DNA from: Malacoraja senta
Taxonomy: Eukaryota
Reading direction: 5' to 3'
Length of the DNA stretch: 60,000 nt
NCBI GenBank assembly: GCA_038087875.1
Contig: CM075989.1
Coordinates: forward strand, 9,736,001 to 9,796,000
Both the position numbers and the translations under genes were made by a program. Of this stretch, positions 12,655-25,619 are shown piece after piece (the stretch's first letter is position 1; every line of letters begins with the position of its first letter). The notes below the pieces were generated by a model. It worked only from the letters and a program-made list of their open reading frames with translations. It did no database searches and was not told the origin of the DNA.

Positions 12655-13845
12655 CTAAAGCAATGCAGTTATGAAAAGGTCATATTGATTGTACTTCACA
12701 TGTACATTATACAACTTTGTATAATGAAAAATGAAACATCTCTCAAAATGTATTGTTAACATTAGTGCTTCCCTCCACAATAGTCTAAATAGAAATAAAT
12801 AAATGGACTGTAATTACGATTGAGCTATTACCTTTTGCTATTATAACACAATGAATCGAGAGGAACCCTTGAAATATGAAGCTTTGTTTCACAAGGTAAA
12901 AGACTTCCACAGGTAATAAGCTATAATTACTGCTTTGCAAATGTTCTGGATGTATAAATTAATCATACATTATTAGGCAGACTGCAATTCCTTCAAATAT
13001 TTCAAAATATATACTGGATTTAAAAATATTAAGTTTATGTATGAAATTTTAGCCTCCAGCTACCAATCTCTATTTAGCACTTAATATGCTTAGAAATTCA
13101 ATTAAAAAATTGCAGTGAGATTTTTTTCATGTGGGCTGCTCAGCTAGTTTGATGACACCACAGTTACTAGGCATCAGTGATATCATTGAATAGATATCTA
13201 ACAGTAACCAAGTCAGAAAAGGGGGAAATGTATGTCACATAGATTGCTATATTTTCGTGGGGGCTCCAAGATTAGTGGTGGGTGCAGTTGCTTCAACTGA
13301 CTGTGAAGTTGTGCCAATTTTTATACCAGACATGACCATGAGATGATCCGCAGAAAAATATCTTGACAATGATTATCACTGAGGCTTAATCCCCCTAATG
13401 TGGGCAAGATGCCAATCGGGCGAAACGCATGCATGGATTTACATTCCAACGTAAGGAGAGGGCAGAAGAGATAATCAAATAGAAAGAAAAACACAATTAT
13501 CAATCTTGATGCAAATTTATTAAATAATTTGCACTTTAGTAATTTGAGTTTGAAACTAATCTAAATATTAATGTCAATACCATCAACATATCTTGAAATT
13601 GAGAAAATAGAATAGCAAATTTTAGATATTTTTATGAGTAATAGTTGAGATGACAGTAGCAATGATAAATATTAATTCCAATATAATTTTCTTTTTATAA
13701 TTGTATTTCCCTCATTTTTGTCAAGAATTCCCAGCAGAGACACTTCTCAAATTATACAGTGTAACAATTTTGAATCTAGTTTCACTTGTTATCATGCAGC
13801 GATCATATCTCATAAGCCATTTTTGATTCTGCTCTTGACTCTTAC

Positions 13846-13913
13846 CTATTGTTCGAAAGGCCTTCTGTGACTGCTGGGCAGCTATTATTAGAGGACCCTG
13901 CCCGTGTATTTAC
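13846..13913 (-). CDS. MAP2K5: MAP2K5 internal coding exon, 68 bp (equivalent to human exon 6)
   Basis: ctgcctgcag|GTAAATACACGGGCAGGG...TCGAACAATAG|gtaaga = VNTRAGSSNNSCPAVTEGLSNN(S) versus human VNTRAGPSQHSSPAVSDSLPSNS. Confidence 0.94.
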
Positions 13914-14289
13914 CTGCAGGCAGATAAGGAGTTTTTATCAGTCATTCATGGGCTGAGGACAGCAGTCTAATTAACCTGTAATTTACCATAGATTTCTCAT
14001 TTCCATCCGGAGGTTAATTGGCTTGTTGCTAGGTAGGCGGATGGTTGCGTGATCTCTATTCGCACATGACGTTAGCATACTAAATCACTAAGTCTTTACA
14101 CCAAAAAGAAAAATCAATACTTAATGCTTCAATTCAATGATGAATATCACTATACAAAACATGCTTAAAATGCATCTGCTTTTCATTATAAGGGCATTTT
14201 TATTCTGAGGTTTTGCAGAACACTCCAGTCGTATTTATAGATTTCCTCTTATTCTAATGTAGATCATAAGCTTTACCCAGTCCGCCAAA

Positions 14290-15010
14290 GCCTACGGGAT
14301 CTCTTGGTTGATAATGACGTTAACTCTTCTTCCATTCCCACACCTTACATTTTTGTCCTGGGCTTCATTCATTGCCAGAGTCGGGCCACATGCAAACTGG
14401 AGGAACAAAAACCTCATATTCCCCTTGGGTAGCTTACAACCCATTGGTATGAATATTTAATTCTCCAATTTTAGGTAACTACTAAACCTTCCCAAGACAC
14501 AAAATGCTAGAGTAACTGAGGGGGGACAGGCAGCATCTCTGGAGAGAAGGAATGGGTGATGTTTTGGGTTGAGACCCTTCTTCAGACTCGTCACCCATTC
14601 CTTCTCTTCAGAGATGCTGCCTGTCCCGCTGAGTTACTCCAGCATTTCGTGTCTATCTTTGGTTTAAACCAGCATCTGCAGTTCCTTCCCACTCTCCCGT
14701 CATCCCCGCCTAACACCCCACTCCCCTCTTCCCGTGTGCCCAACCTGGACTCTCACATATTTCTTCCCTACCCCTCCCCTTCCACCTACATTCCTTCCTC
14801 TAGATTCACAATGCGCAAATCTTCAATCCTTTCATCTCTTCTGTCTTTTTATCTCTGGCCTTTGTCCACCATCTGTCTATCAAAAACCCTCCTCACCTAT
14901 ATCCACCTATTACCTGGTAGGCTTTGTCCTGCCCATGCTCTCTTCCAGCTTTCTAACTTCCCCCCGTCCCCCGCTGCAATTAGTCTAAAGAAGGGTCCCG
15001 ACCCAAAACC
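14290..15010 (+). mobile_element. Penelope-like 3' fragment containing a nested fold-back hammerhead-bearing element (14495-14690)
   Basis: Degenerate copy of the post-GIY-YIG region seen at 29080-29250. Inverted arms at 14495-14560 and 14589-14654. Confidence 0.75.
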
Positions 15011-15015
15011 AGTGA

Positions 15016-15955
15016 TAGAACATTGAACAGTGTAGCACAGGAACCAGCCCTTCAGCCCACAATTGTTTGCACTAAACATAATGCCTAGTTAAACTGATCT
15101 TATCTGCCTGTACATGATCTATATCCCTCTATTCCATGCACTTCCAGGTGCCTAAGTAAAAGCCTCTTAACGCCACTATTGAATCTGCCTCCACCACCAT
15201 CCCATGTAATGCGTTTCAGTCCACCACCACTCTGTGCAAATAGCTTGCCCCCACACATTTCCATTAAACTTCCCCCCATTCACCTTATAGCTATGCTCCC
15301 TAGTGTTAGACATTTCCACCCTGGGAAAAAGGTTCTGACTGTCCACTCTATCTCTGCTTCTCATAATTTTATATGCCACTATCAAGTCTCTCTTCAACCT
15401 CCGACGTTCCAGAGAACAATCCAAGTCAATCCAACCTGTCTAGCCGAAACCCTCTGATCCAGGCAGCATTTTGGTAAACCTACTCAGCAACCTCTCCAAA
15501 GCCTCCACACATCTTTCTGTAATCGGGCGACCAGAACACAGCAATACTCCAAATAATACTCCAAATGCAGCCTAACCAAAGTCCTATAGAGATGCATCAA
15601 GACATCCTGACTCGTACAGTCAATGCCCCGAGCAATGAAGGCAAGCATATCATATGCCTCTTTACCACTCTAACAACTTGTGCTGCCCCCTTTAGTGAGC
15701 TATGAACTTGGACTCCAATATGTTTCTGCACATAAATGCTGTTAAGGGACTTGCCATTAACTGTATACTCTCTCCTTACATTCCACCTCCCAAAATGCAA
15801 CATCTCGCACTTGTTCGGGTTAAACTCCATCTGCCATTTTACGCCCATTTCTACAGCTGATCTATATCCCGCTGTATCATCTGACAGCATTCCACATTGT
15901 CTGCCACTCCTCCAATTTTAATGTCATCAAACAACTTACTCACCAGCCCATCTAC
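15016..15955 (-). mobile_element. CR1 LINE 3' fragment (RT C-terminus and 3' UTR)
   Basis: Minus-strand peptides WQMEFNPNKCEMLHFGR and SLERRRLKRDLIVAYKIMR are CR1 ORF2 hallmarks. Frameshifted. Confidence 0.9.
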
Positions 15956-16384
15956 ATTACGTCTAGGTTCCTTGTTTCTACATTTCTACATGGATTCATT
16001 GGTGAGATGACCCTGGAAGCAATTGCAAATTTTGAGGAATTATGAGGAACTGTGACCACCATGATATCATTTCCAGCTTCATCCTCCTGTTCCTTGAAGA
16101 AATGGCATTTATTTTTAAGGCTAAATGATGAATTCTCCACATCTCCAATACATAAGAAATAGCAGGATAAAGCCGTTAAGCTCCTAGTGCCTGTTCTGTA
16201 ATTCAATAAGATCATGGGTAATCTTTGAGCTTAGCACTACATTCCTACACTAATAAACTATTGATGATTGATCAAACAGTGCATTTGCTATTTCCATCAA
16301 CACTGACTTCAAGACCTTGGGTGATGTACAACACCAGGTCCTGGGGATTTACACCCAGTTGGCTCTGATGGGCAAACCACATCA

Positions 16385-17619
16385 TCTATATATTATATTA
16401 TATTTTTATTTATATATTACATAAACTCTCATCTTGTTTATTTGTATGTATGCATGCCTGTGCACGATATTCCTGGAACTGGAATACGATAGCGCTACAA
16501 TTTTTGGCCCACACCTTACTCACCATTGTCCTGGTATGTAAAAGAAACAAGTTTCGTTCGAATTGATGATATATTTTACGTTATTGACATTTTAAACTTT
16601 ACAATAATCACTTTTCAAACCACTTTTCCACTTGCCCTGCCCGTCAGCAGCGTTCAACGTCACAATGACATCACAATGGGATCCTGAACCTCATTTACAT
16701 TAAAAATCGTGATTTTGAAATAAATCAGTTTTAATCAAATTTCTTCCGTTTTCATTCATAATGATGTCACAGTGGGATCCCGAATCTTATTTACATTTTT
16801 TTAAAATCTTGATTTAAAAAAAACAACTCCGTTTTAATCAAATTCTTCCCATTTTCATTAACAGTTAATATTGTGTTTAGGTTATTTTAAAGAAAAATCA
16901 TGATTTTCAATTTGGGGAGGGGGGGGGGGGGTGAGATAGAGGGGGCAGGTTTCAATTTAAAAAAGCATCGCAATTTTCATTGTGGGGGTGGGATAGGGGG
17001 AAGTTTCATTTAAAAAAAAACATTGCAATTTTCATTCTGGAGGGGTGTGATAGGGGGAGGTGAGGCGTGTGGGGAGCAGCGGGATAGAGGGAGATGAGGG
17101 GGGTAGGGAGGGGAGAGGGAGAGGCAAGTGGGGAGATGTGGAAGGAGAGTGGGGGGAGGAGGGGGGGATAGAAGGAGAGGAGGGCAGTGGAGAAGGTGAG
17201 GAAGGAGAGTGGGGGAATGGGATAGGGGAGGTGAGGAGTGGGGGAGCATGGAGATAGAGGGAGAGGAGGGGGTAGGAAGGGGAGGGGGTTATGGAGGGAA
17301 GGAGGGAGGGAGGGAGGGAGTGACTGAGGGTAGTAAAAATGAGAGGGAGGGAGGTGAGGGAGGGAGTGGGGGAGGGGAGGAGACGGGAAAGGAAAGAATA
17401 GGGAAAGAAGAGGGATAGGAGTGCTGGGGATAAGAGGAGAATGGAAGAAGATAGGGGTAGGAAGAGGATGGCGAGACACAGTTGGGGAGGGTTGCCGTGA
17501 CTCGCGGCACAACGGGGATCTCTGGCGTCACAATGGGAACCCCTCAGCCGCGCCTGCGCAGTTGGGAGCCATGGGTCAGTTGTGGGGGACAGGGCCCAAC
17601 AGGCCCGCATGTGGTCTAG
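16385..17619 (+). mobile_element. Non-autonomous Helitron (~1.23 kb)
   Basis: A|TCTATATA 5' end; 3' hairpin GGGCC-CAACA-GGCCC (17592-17606); terminal CTAG|T; inserted between A and T with no TSD. Confidence 0.85.
16914..17470 (+). repeat. Polypurine, G-run-rich low-complexity tract
   Basis: Mostly G/A with dozens of GGG+ runs, densest from ~17040. Confidence 0.9.
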
Positions 17620-17724
17620 TACACGCTAAAGTCTTTAATCCCAATTACAGATCTCAACATCCATCCATTGAGAATATAGGGGAATAGTGAATCTGTGTAG
17701 AACTCACAATCATGGTACACCAGT

Positions 17725-18000
17725 GTTTAGTTTCATTTTAGAGATACAGCATGGATACATGCCCTCCCAACCATCCATCACTCGTTCACAGTAGGTCTAT
17801 GTTATCCCACTTTTGAATGCCCTCCCTACATATTAGAGTAATTTACAGAGGTCAATTAACCTACAAACCTGCAAGTCTTTGGGATGCGAGAGGAAACTGG
17901 AGGGAACCCACGTGGTCATAGGGAGGACATGCAAAGACAGCACCCGAGGTCAAGATTGAACCCTGGTCTCTGGCGAAGTGAGGCAGCACCACAATGCTAC
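17725..18000 (-). mobile_element. tRNA-derived SINE with a CR1-like tail (HE1/V-SINE-like)
   Basis: Minus-strand head has GGTTCAATC. Body aattaacctacaaacctgca..tctttgg is shared with copies at ~25620-26440, ~31010-31225, ~41285-41495 and ~43685-43840. Confidence 0.8.
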
Positions 18001-18111
18001 CCATGTTTGCCTTTCCATATGGTATGTACAGCATTCTATTTTTATTTGTAAATGAGTGCACAGAATTCACAGAAACGCAATACAGAAATGATGAATACGA
18101 TCAGGAAACAG

Positions 18112-18201
18112 ATCTGAAGAAGGCTCGACCAGAAAGGTCACCCATTCCTTCTCTCCAGAGATTCTGCCTGTCCCGTTGAGTTACTCCAGCATTTTGTGTC
18201 T
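18112..18201 (+). mobile_element. Short Penelope-derived hammerhead-bearing element
   Basis: tCTGAAGAaggctcgaccaGAAAgGTCacccattcc...ttactccagcattttgtgtc. Confidence 0.75.
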
Positions 18202-20251
18202 AACTCGGGAAAACAGAAACACAGACATACAATATCTAAACATATTTTAAAAGTACAAATAATTAAACTTATAATCAATTAACTTAGTCAGATTTAAACT
18301 ATTCCCTGAAGGTCATTCATATTTATACGGCACAGCTGCTGCTGTTTCTTCTTAAGCAGTCTTTTGGGTTTTAGAATGATTTGCTTCCACTCAGTCTGTG
18401 GGTTCAGATGTGGCTAATGAGGCCAACATGGGTCCCGCAAAGTTTGCAATAGGTGGGGCGAATGGGTAATTTGGGAGGTGCTGCATTCCTTACATCATTT
18501 ACACTTAGCTTCTGTGTGCCCTTGATGAATGGTTCTCCATGTCATCCCAAACGCTCCTCGCCATTCTTAGTGGTCTATTGAATCAGAAGAAATATTATCC
18601 TTTCCCAAGGAGGCTTTGAGAATATCCCTGAATCAATTCCTTTGTCTACTTGGCATGAGACTCCCTTGCCATGACTGGGCCTAGAAAATATACTGTTGAG
18701 TCATTCAGCCCAAAAACAGGACCTTGGGCCCAACTGGTCCATCTCAACTAAGATGCCCCATCTACACTAGTCGCACATGCCCGAATGTTGGCCCATATCC
18801 CTCTGAATCTTTCCTATCTATGTTGGAAATACGAATTATGTGGTCTGGTCTTGGAGCCATCTGGTGTAATTCCGGCTTCAATTCAGCGATATCATTCAAC
18901 TTTAAAGCAACAAAGATTATTTTATTCTATTTTATTCAAATTAGTTACAACATGGGCACCACAGAGCCATAAATATTAGTGTTTTACAAAGTGAAAGGCA
19001 GAGGGCAAGGACAGAATAATAACTTTAAAAAATTCTGCAAAGGCAAACTAATTTAAATGTGTAGCCTCATAAGAGACTTATTTACTTTTGTAAAGAATGT
19101 TGGAAATACACAGACTAACCAGCATCTGAAAAGAGAACAGGTTGGTTATATCACTTCAAGTGTCCATGCTCAACCAGATGAAAATGTTGAACATTTGCAA
19201 TCTTTTATTGCAATTTCCATTTATTTCAATAATGTTCCTCCCCTTGCTGCTGGTGATGAATTTTACTGGAAAGCTCTGGAGATTTTCCATTTGCGGAAGC
19301 AGTTAAAATAAGTTCAATTCTGATATGAATATCAGTTGGAAAAATCTGGATAAATGAATGAAAAAAATCCCTGGAAACTGGACTTTGACTGTACAATGCA
19401 CAGTTTGATCAAAGCAACAACCCAGAACTAGATAAAGGAATGACAGATGACAATTCAAATAATTTATTAGAATTATCTGAAAATAGAAAAATTATATATC
19501 TGGCTTTTAAAGTAAAATCCTTTGAAATTATTTTTTGTTATTGACATCTGTCAAACTGTTGTTTATGTTACTCTGAATTGTGTAATTGTTTATGTAGAGA
19601 TTAAACTACAATACAACAATGGAAATGGGCCCAGAAATCCTTGTGATGTTGCCAATGCAAAAGAGGCAAAACAGTTTGTGGATTTTATGTTTTTGTCTTA
19701 AAAATACATTATAGTTATAACTGTATGGTAACTTGTATCATATTGTATAGTTTTGTTTAGTAAAGCCTAAGCAGATATTCCCAACCAATTCAGCAACAGT
19801 TTTGCCCAGCCACAGCCACGTTAATTTTGGTGAAACAATACAAATTTGATGCTGAGGTATTTGTTAAATCCAGCAAATTATTTGATTTACTAAGGGGATA
19901 CACATTGACCAGTGTCATCCTTCAGTGACCTCTTCGACAGAAGAGGCCCCAAAAGCTCCTGTAGATCATAACCTTCAATCACTATGAAGACATCTTAAAT
20001 GTATATTTGGAATTTCCTGGTGTAACTATGTGTCTGCATTTTTAAAACTTAGTTAAAACAACCTGAAAAAATAATTGTTTCTCCATGTTCTTCAGGTGCT
20101 GCACATATTATTTGTTTGAATTAGTCCATGATTTTCTGTTTTTATTTCAAGACTTCCAATTAATGTAAACTTGTCATCCCTCTTAGTATCTTTCTTCTTA
20201 ATTTGGTATCTTTTGTCAAAAGCAGTTCAAGCTGTGAGGTATATAAATACA

Positions 20252-20452
20252 GGGAACTGCAGATACCGGTTTCGAAAAGAAGACACAAAGTGCTGGAGTA
20301 ACAGCAGGTCAGGCGGCATCTCAGGAAACATGGATAGGTGATGTTTCGGGTCAGGACACCTACCTCAGACTGACTGAATCCAAAACATCACATATCTATG
20401 TTCTCCATAAATGCTGTCTGACCCGTTGAGTTACTCCAGCACTTTGTGTCCT
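20252..20452. mobile_element. Fold-back pair of short Penelope-derived elements
   Basis: gacacaaagtgctggagtaac ... gttactccagcactttgtgtc inverted arms around a decayed core. Confidence 0.75.
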
Positions 20453-21492
20453 CTAGTGAGGTGTATAACATTTTTTGATGCAAACAATTATATTGTTCAA
20501 TATTGTATATTGAATACAAGGCCACATTGTCTCACAGTGAATGGATAGGGGAAAAATAAGACATCATGTCAATTCAATCTAATTAATTCACATACATTTA
20601 CTATCCAATCATGCTGAATTGCCCACTCAACATTTGACCCAGTTGTACACATTAACTAAAGAATGAGGAACAAAACAAAATATTCAGCTGTCTGTTCTCA
20701 CCTAAATACACCAGACTGGCTTAAATATGGCTCTAGGTACTCTTTCTTCAACACAGGGAAGGTATAAGAGCAGAGAGTCGGCAATCTATTTAATACAGAT
20801 CACATTACAGCTGTAACAAGGTGTCTACACCAATTGTCCACATACACTAAGAATAATCACTGAATAGTTACCAGGAGTGGGAATAATATTACCATTACAT
20901 GTGGAAGGACACTTAGGACAATTTAACACTGTTAAAAATTAATGTTTTAAATTGACTAGGAAAAAAAATATTCTATTTCATGATAATTTTGATATAGCTT
21001 TTTTTTTCCAGAAGTGTAAATAGTAAAACAACCACGGAGTTATCTTCCTCCCTATTGTTCCCTCAACATTCCAGTATTCCATCACAAAAGCAACAGGTAA
21101 TGAAGAATTCAGTTTAAAAAAAATGCTTGAAAGCTGAGAAATAATTTTATTTCCTTTGGAGCTCTGGAAGTTTGTATAATGAGTATAATTTCTTAATCAT
21201 ATCACTTTCTGTCCCTCATTAAAATGTACATTACAAAAATTTAACCACCTTTTAATATAAAAAATTAAAAGCGATAACCTATTTTGTAACTCTAATTGCT
21301 TCAATGGAAATAAGACAAGAATTCACAGCTGTGTGATTAAATCATGGGAAATATTCCCTACTTTGTATAACAAGAGACCCCCTGCTTGTCAGAGTTTGAA
21401 GAGCCAAGGTTTTCAGATGACATTTCAATAACTGGAACACAGCATTACAAATCCATTCCCAACTTTACTGAAACAATTATTGAAATTATTAC

Positions 21493-21533
21493 CTTCAGGC
21501 CATGTATGTTCCGTTTCCCAGGTGGCTTGCAGG
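21493..21533 (-). CDS. MAP2K5: MAP2K5 internal coding exon, 41 bp (equivalent to human exon 5)
   Basis: gtttcag|CCTGCAAGCCACCTGGGAAACGGAACATACATGGCCTGAAG|gtaata = (A)CKPPGKRNIHGLK versus human ACKPPGERNIHGLK. Phase is compatible with the preceding exon. Confidence 0.96.
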
Positions 21534-21731
21534 CTGAAACAGTAATTGACTAAATTGCAGAACAAATCAGGGCCATTTACAAATTTGTTAAAAATGAATC
21601 ATTTGAAAGAAATGAGCTTGACACCAAAATTAGCAGCTGAAAATGATGGAAAAGGAGCTTAAAAGCCAGAGTAGGGAATTTTATTTTAAAGAAAATGATC
21701 CCATTTTGCACTTCAATATTAAAATATGATA

Positions 21732-21737
<6 letters not shown>

Positions 21738-21768
<31 letters not shown>
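21738..21768. repeat. (TA)n microsatellite
   Basis: Direct observation. Confidence 0.95.
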
Positions 21769-21772
<4 letters not shown>

Positions 21773-24700
21773 GGAATAACATGCACAAATCAAAACTACA
21801 AATATAAGTATAGGCACAATGATTCTGTCCATTTCAATGTTCATTTGTTAATCATTTGAATTATCCACAAAATAGATTAACCCTAGCACATACGCTTATC
21901 ACAAAAAACTATTGCTAGAATAAACTATAAATTACAAAGGTCATATTAAAAATACTGTTAAAAGAAAAATAATTTGTTATATAGTTAATCTTTTGCTTCT
22001 ATCAAATAGAAGAATACACAACATGCAGTAAAGAGTTCAACAAAATGCCATTGAGGATTTTGATCGGAACGGGTGCTGAATGTCATGTTAGTGCTGAGTT
22101 CTATTTTTAAAGTTACTTTAAATGAAGTTCTAATGGTCTAGCATATGAGACCGTACAATGGGAGGTGATGTCATGGGTGGTACGAAAAGGAAAGGCTTGA
22201 TATGACTGAATACAATGTTAAACCAACTGAAGTATCAGTGGAATGTACTCATTAATTGAAGGAACAATTGCAAACAAAATTGCAAAAAACATTTATTTTA
22301 GCTGGCATTAATTTTTCCCTAATTCTGCTCAATTCAATGGCTTTTGAGGCAATTGCATTTAAACGACCATTAGGAAACATAAATAAAAGCACAAACATCA
22401 GTAAAGTTCATTATTCTCAATATAAAACCTAAGCAACAATGTTTGAAAATAATTCAAGCAATATTTATTTAGCCAAAAATATTGATCAGAATGTATTTGT
22501 CCCCACTGAATTTTTAAAAATAAAAGATAGATTGATACATCTATAGTTTGATCTCTTTTCAGAAATACAGTGTCACAAATAACATGTTAAAGGCCTTGTC
22601 AATCTTGATTGATCATCTCACCAAGACAAATCCCCCCCCACCCCCCCAACTTCTCTCAGATGAATATGTACCTCACCCTAGTGGCAGAGCAAGTGACATG
22701 CCCAATAAAAATGCAGTAATTTTCAGATAGTCATTTTTGTTAGACCATTGTCCTTTTTTGATTTGTTTTCAAAGATAATCCTCCACTTAACCTACAGTCT
22801 ATGCTGTTTTCCCATCTCAGCCAAATCAAGAAGCAAGGGTTGATTACTTGCTTCAGTAAGCCTCAGTACCTAACTAAATGGAAAATAAATTGTAAATTAT
22901 TTTCTTAAATTCTTAAACTATGGCTTAAATTACTTTAAAATATCATCACTTAGGTTTCTGTATACTAAGATTAATTTTCATCCCTTGTCATTATCCAAAT
23001 GCTCCTGTTGGAAACCTATAAGTGAGATATGGATACTGTTTTGATGAGCAAATCGATATTTCCAGCTAGGCAAGGTGCACACAAAAATATATTTGAATGA
23101 GCAATAAAGAAGCTTGGAATGGTGTAGTATAATTGAGAGATTGTTTACACACACTATTGGTAGAAATATTCCAAAATCAATTTGTTGCAAAAATATGTAT
23201 TTTAGAAATATTTCTGCAAAAGGTTTTCATGCATTTGCGACTCATATACTACAAGGTAAGCACACAACTTGGTCAGTATTTCAAATGCAGCTCTGGCAAC
23301 TGAAAGCACATAAAAGGGCTTTGAATTTAGAAAAAAATGTTAATTTGCATGATCAATTCTCAAAAGTTTTATTTAATTATTACATTATATAGGTATATTG
23401 AGGAGAGAATAAAAAATTGCAAAAATTATACTAAACGTTTAAAACATCGAAGTATGGGAACTTGCATGAATGACTTGTATATTTCTGAATTTTGAAAAGT
23501 GATTCCATTCAAGATATTTAAATGCTTCAGGAATTTGATTAGAAAGATAAAATTTTACTTTTTTCTTTTGCAGGGATATCTAGTACAATGAGGCATGAAC
23601 ATAAAATCAGAGCTGGATCATGCAGAATTACTTTATAATAGAGCTATGGCTGGAATTCTTTTCTGAAAAAGGGTGTGTTTGCCAAACCAACTGGAGCTTT
23701 AATGATCTTTTACTAAGATATTTAACAGTCTCTTACTTCTTACTTCGTAAAAGCAAAAAGATTCAGGCATTCTTTCAGCAGGTCAGTTAGTAGTATTGGC
23801 TTGATTTCAATTTAAGTCATTTAGGTACTTGAATGAACCATAAATCTCACAGGTACATTAGCTAACACAAATTGGCACTGAATCACTTTAGGATATATTA
23901 GGGCAGGTGCACATGCAGCAAGTTTTAAAGCATACGTTAAAGCATGGAAATAATAGAGATGGAGTTGCAGAGATTTTAAATGACTTCTAGCATACAGAGA
24001 ATACAATGAGAAAGAATAGCTAGATATGTGCAGGGATAATCACATCTGGAGACTAGAGAAGGTATGTATGTGGGTTCAGCAGCAGAGAGGCCGAGTTGGG
24101 AGGTGGGGTTTGAGGCAGTTGGTTGAGGGCTATGGTGTTAGGCAATTAAAATAATTAAATCATTTGACTTTAGTTCTGGTTGAGTCAAAAATGACACCAT
24201 GAACAATCTAGACCAGTTTCAGACAATGCTAAGGAAATGCCTGGAATCAGTCGAGTTTGTGCTGAGAATTGCAGAGAATGGTTTTGGATTTCCCAATGTT
24301 TAGTTGTGGGGCATTACAAGGACTCTGACCCCTTATGAATGGGATATTCATGTATTTACTGTATACACTGGGAATATCCAGACTGTTGCAGGAAAATATG
24401 ATTAGGAGGCACAAGAGACTGCAGATGCTGGAATCAGGAATGAAAAATTAAAATGCAGCAGGTCAAATGCTTGCATAAACATTCATTACATGGTTAAATA
24501 CCAAAATATGTAGACCCAGAGAACTCAGTGGGTCAAGCAGCATCTGTGGAGGCAGAGGGATGGTTGATGTTACAGATTAAGATCATGGTTTTAAGTAGTT
24601 AGGTGACCTTGCAAAATTAACTTTTCCTGTCAAGACTCAAATAGACAAAGCAGATGTAGGCCCATCCACAACGTCCTCCTATGCAACTAAGTCTGACTGC

Positions 24701-25313
24701 ATTAGCTAATCTACCTAATCAAATATCATAAATTAGAGATGTTGCAGAATACCTCTCCACCTCAGGGTGGGGTATTTCAGAAAATGAATTTAAAGTATTA
24801 TAATTTAATCTAAGCACATCTTTTCTTTGTAATGATAGATAATGTTAATTACCATAGTTAATCAAAATATTCAGGTGCACATATTTATAGACCTTAATTG
24901 CCAGGAAATCATTGTAATCTTATTGGTGTCGCTATGAATTGTTGATTTATTCAAAAATGGCAATGTCTTTTATATTATAATGGACAACTGTGAGTGGCTA
25001 CAATAGCTTCTGTCACATCAAAGAGTTCAGATGACGTGGAAGTGAAGAAAGCAATTTAGATGAGTCAGAAAGACAAAAATTAAAACATTTAACTCATTCC
25101 AACATACCTGTACATATCAGAAACAAAATTGTAAAATTTGCTGTCTTATTCCTTTGCTGTCAATGATCAATTTTGTGCAAATAACAAAATATTCAAATAT
25201 GGACAAGTGCTTGCATAAAAATTAAGGATTAATTACATGGGTTAAATATACTCAGACGATGACATCGCCTTTTACTCATTCTAAAGATTCAGATACAAAG
25301 TCTGCCGTCTTAC

Positions 25314-25383
25314 CTCGTGGATATATCTGCAATGGTTCAATCATCTGCCCATTAACTTCTTGTTCTCTCACAGTAGCATAATA
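25314..25383 (-). CDS. MAP2K5: MAP2K5 (MEK5) internal coding exon, 70 bp, end of the PB1 domain (equivalent to human exon 4)
   Basis: Minus strand reads ttttctttcctag|TATTATGCT...TATCCACGAG|gtaaga = YYATVREQEVNGQMIEPLQIYPR+1 nt. This matches human MEK5 YYSTVMEQQVNGQLIEPLQIFPR as I recall it. Canonical splice sites. Confidence 0.96.
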
Positions 25384-25619
25384 CTAGGAAAGAAAACACA
25401 AATAAATGGAACCACACAAAAAGTTTAAAGAGATAATTTAGCCTTTCTCACATAAAAAGACAAGTAAACATTTTCAGGTAGATACCATTCATTTCCATGT
25501 ATATGCCATTTTGAATAGTGTAGAAAACATATGGTTCTTAATCACAGTGGCTGTTGTCACTCGTACTAACTGAAAATTTGGTCTTTTTTTTTAAAGTAAT
25601 GAGGAAATGAAGAGAAGTA

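Noticed and set aside
17006..17610. Pro/Ser/Leu-rich ORFs up to 192 aa
   Set aside because: They come from the polypurine tract inside the Helitron.
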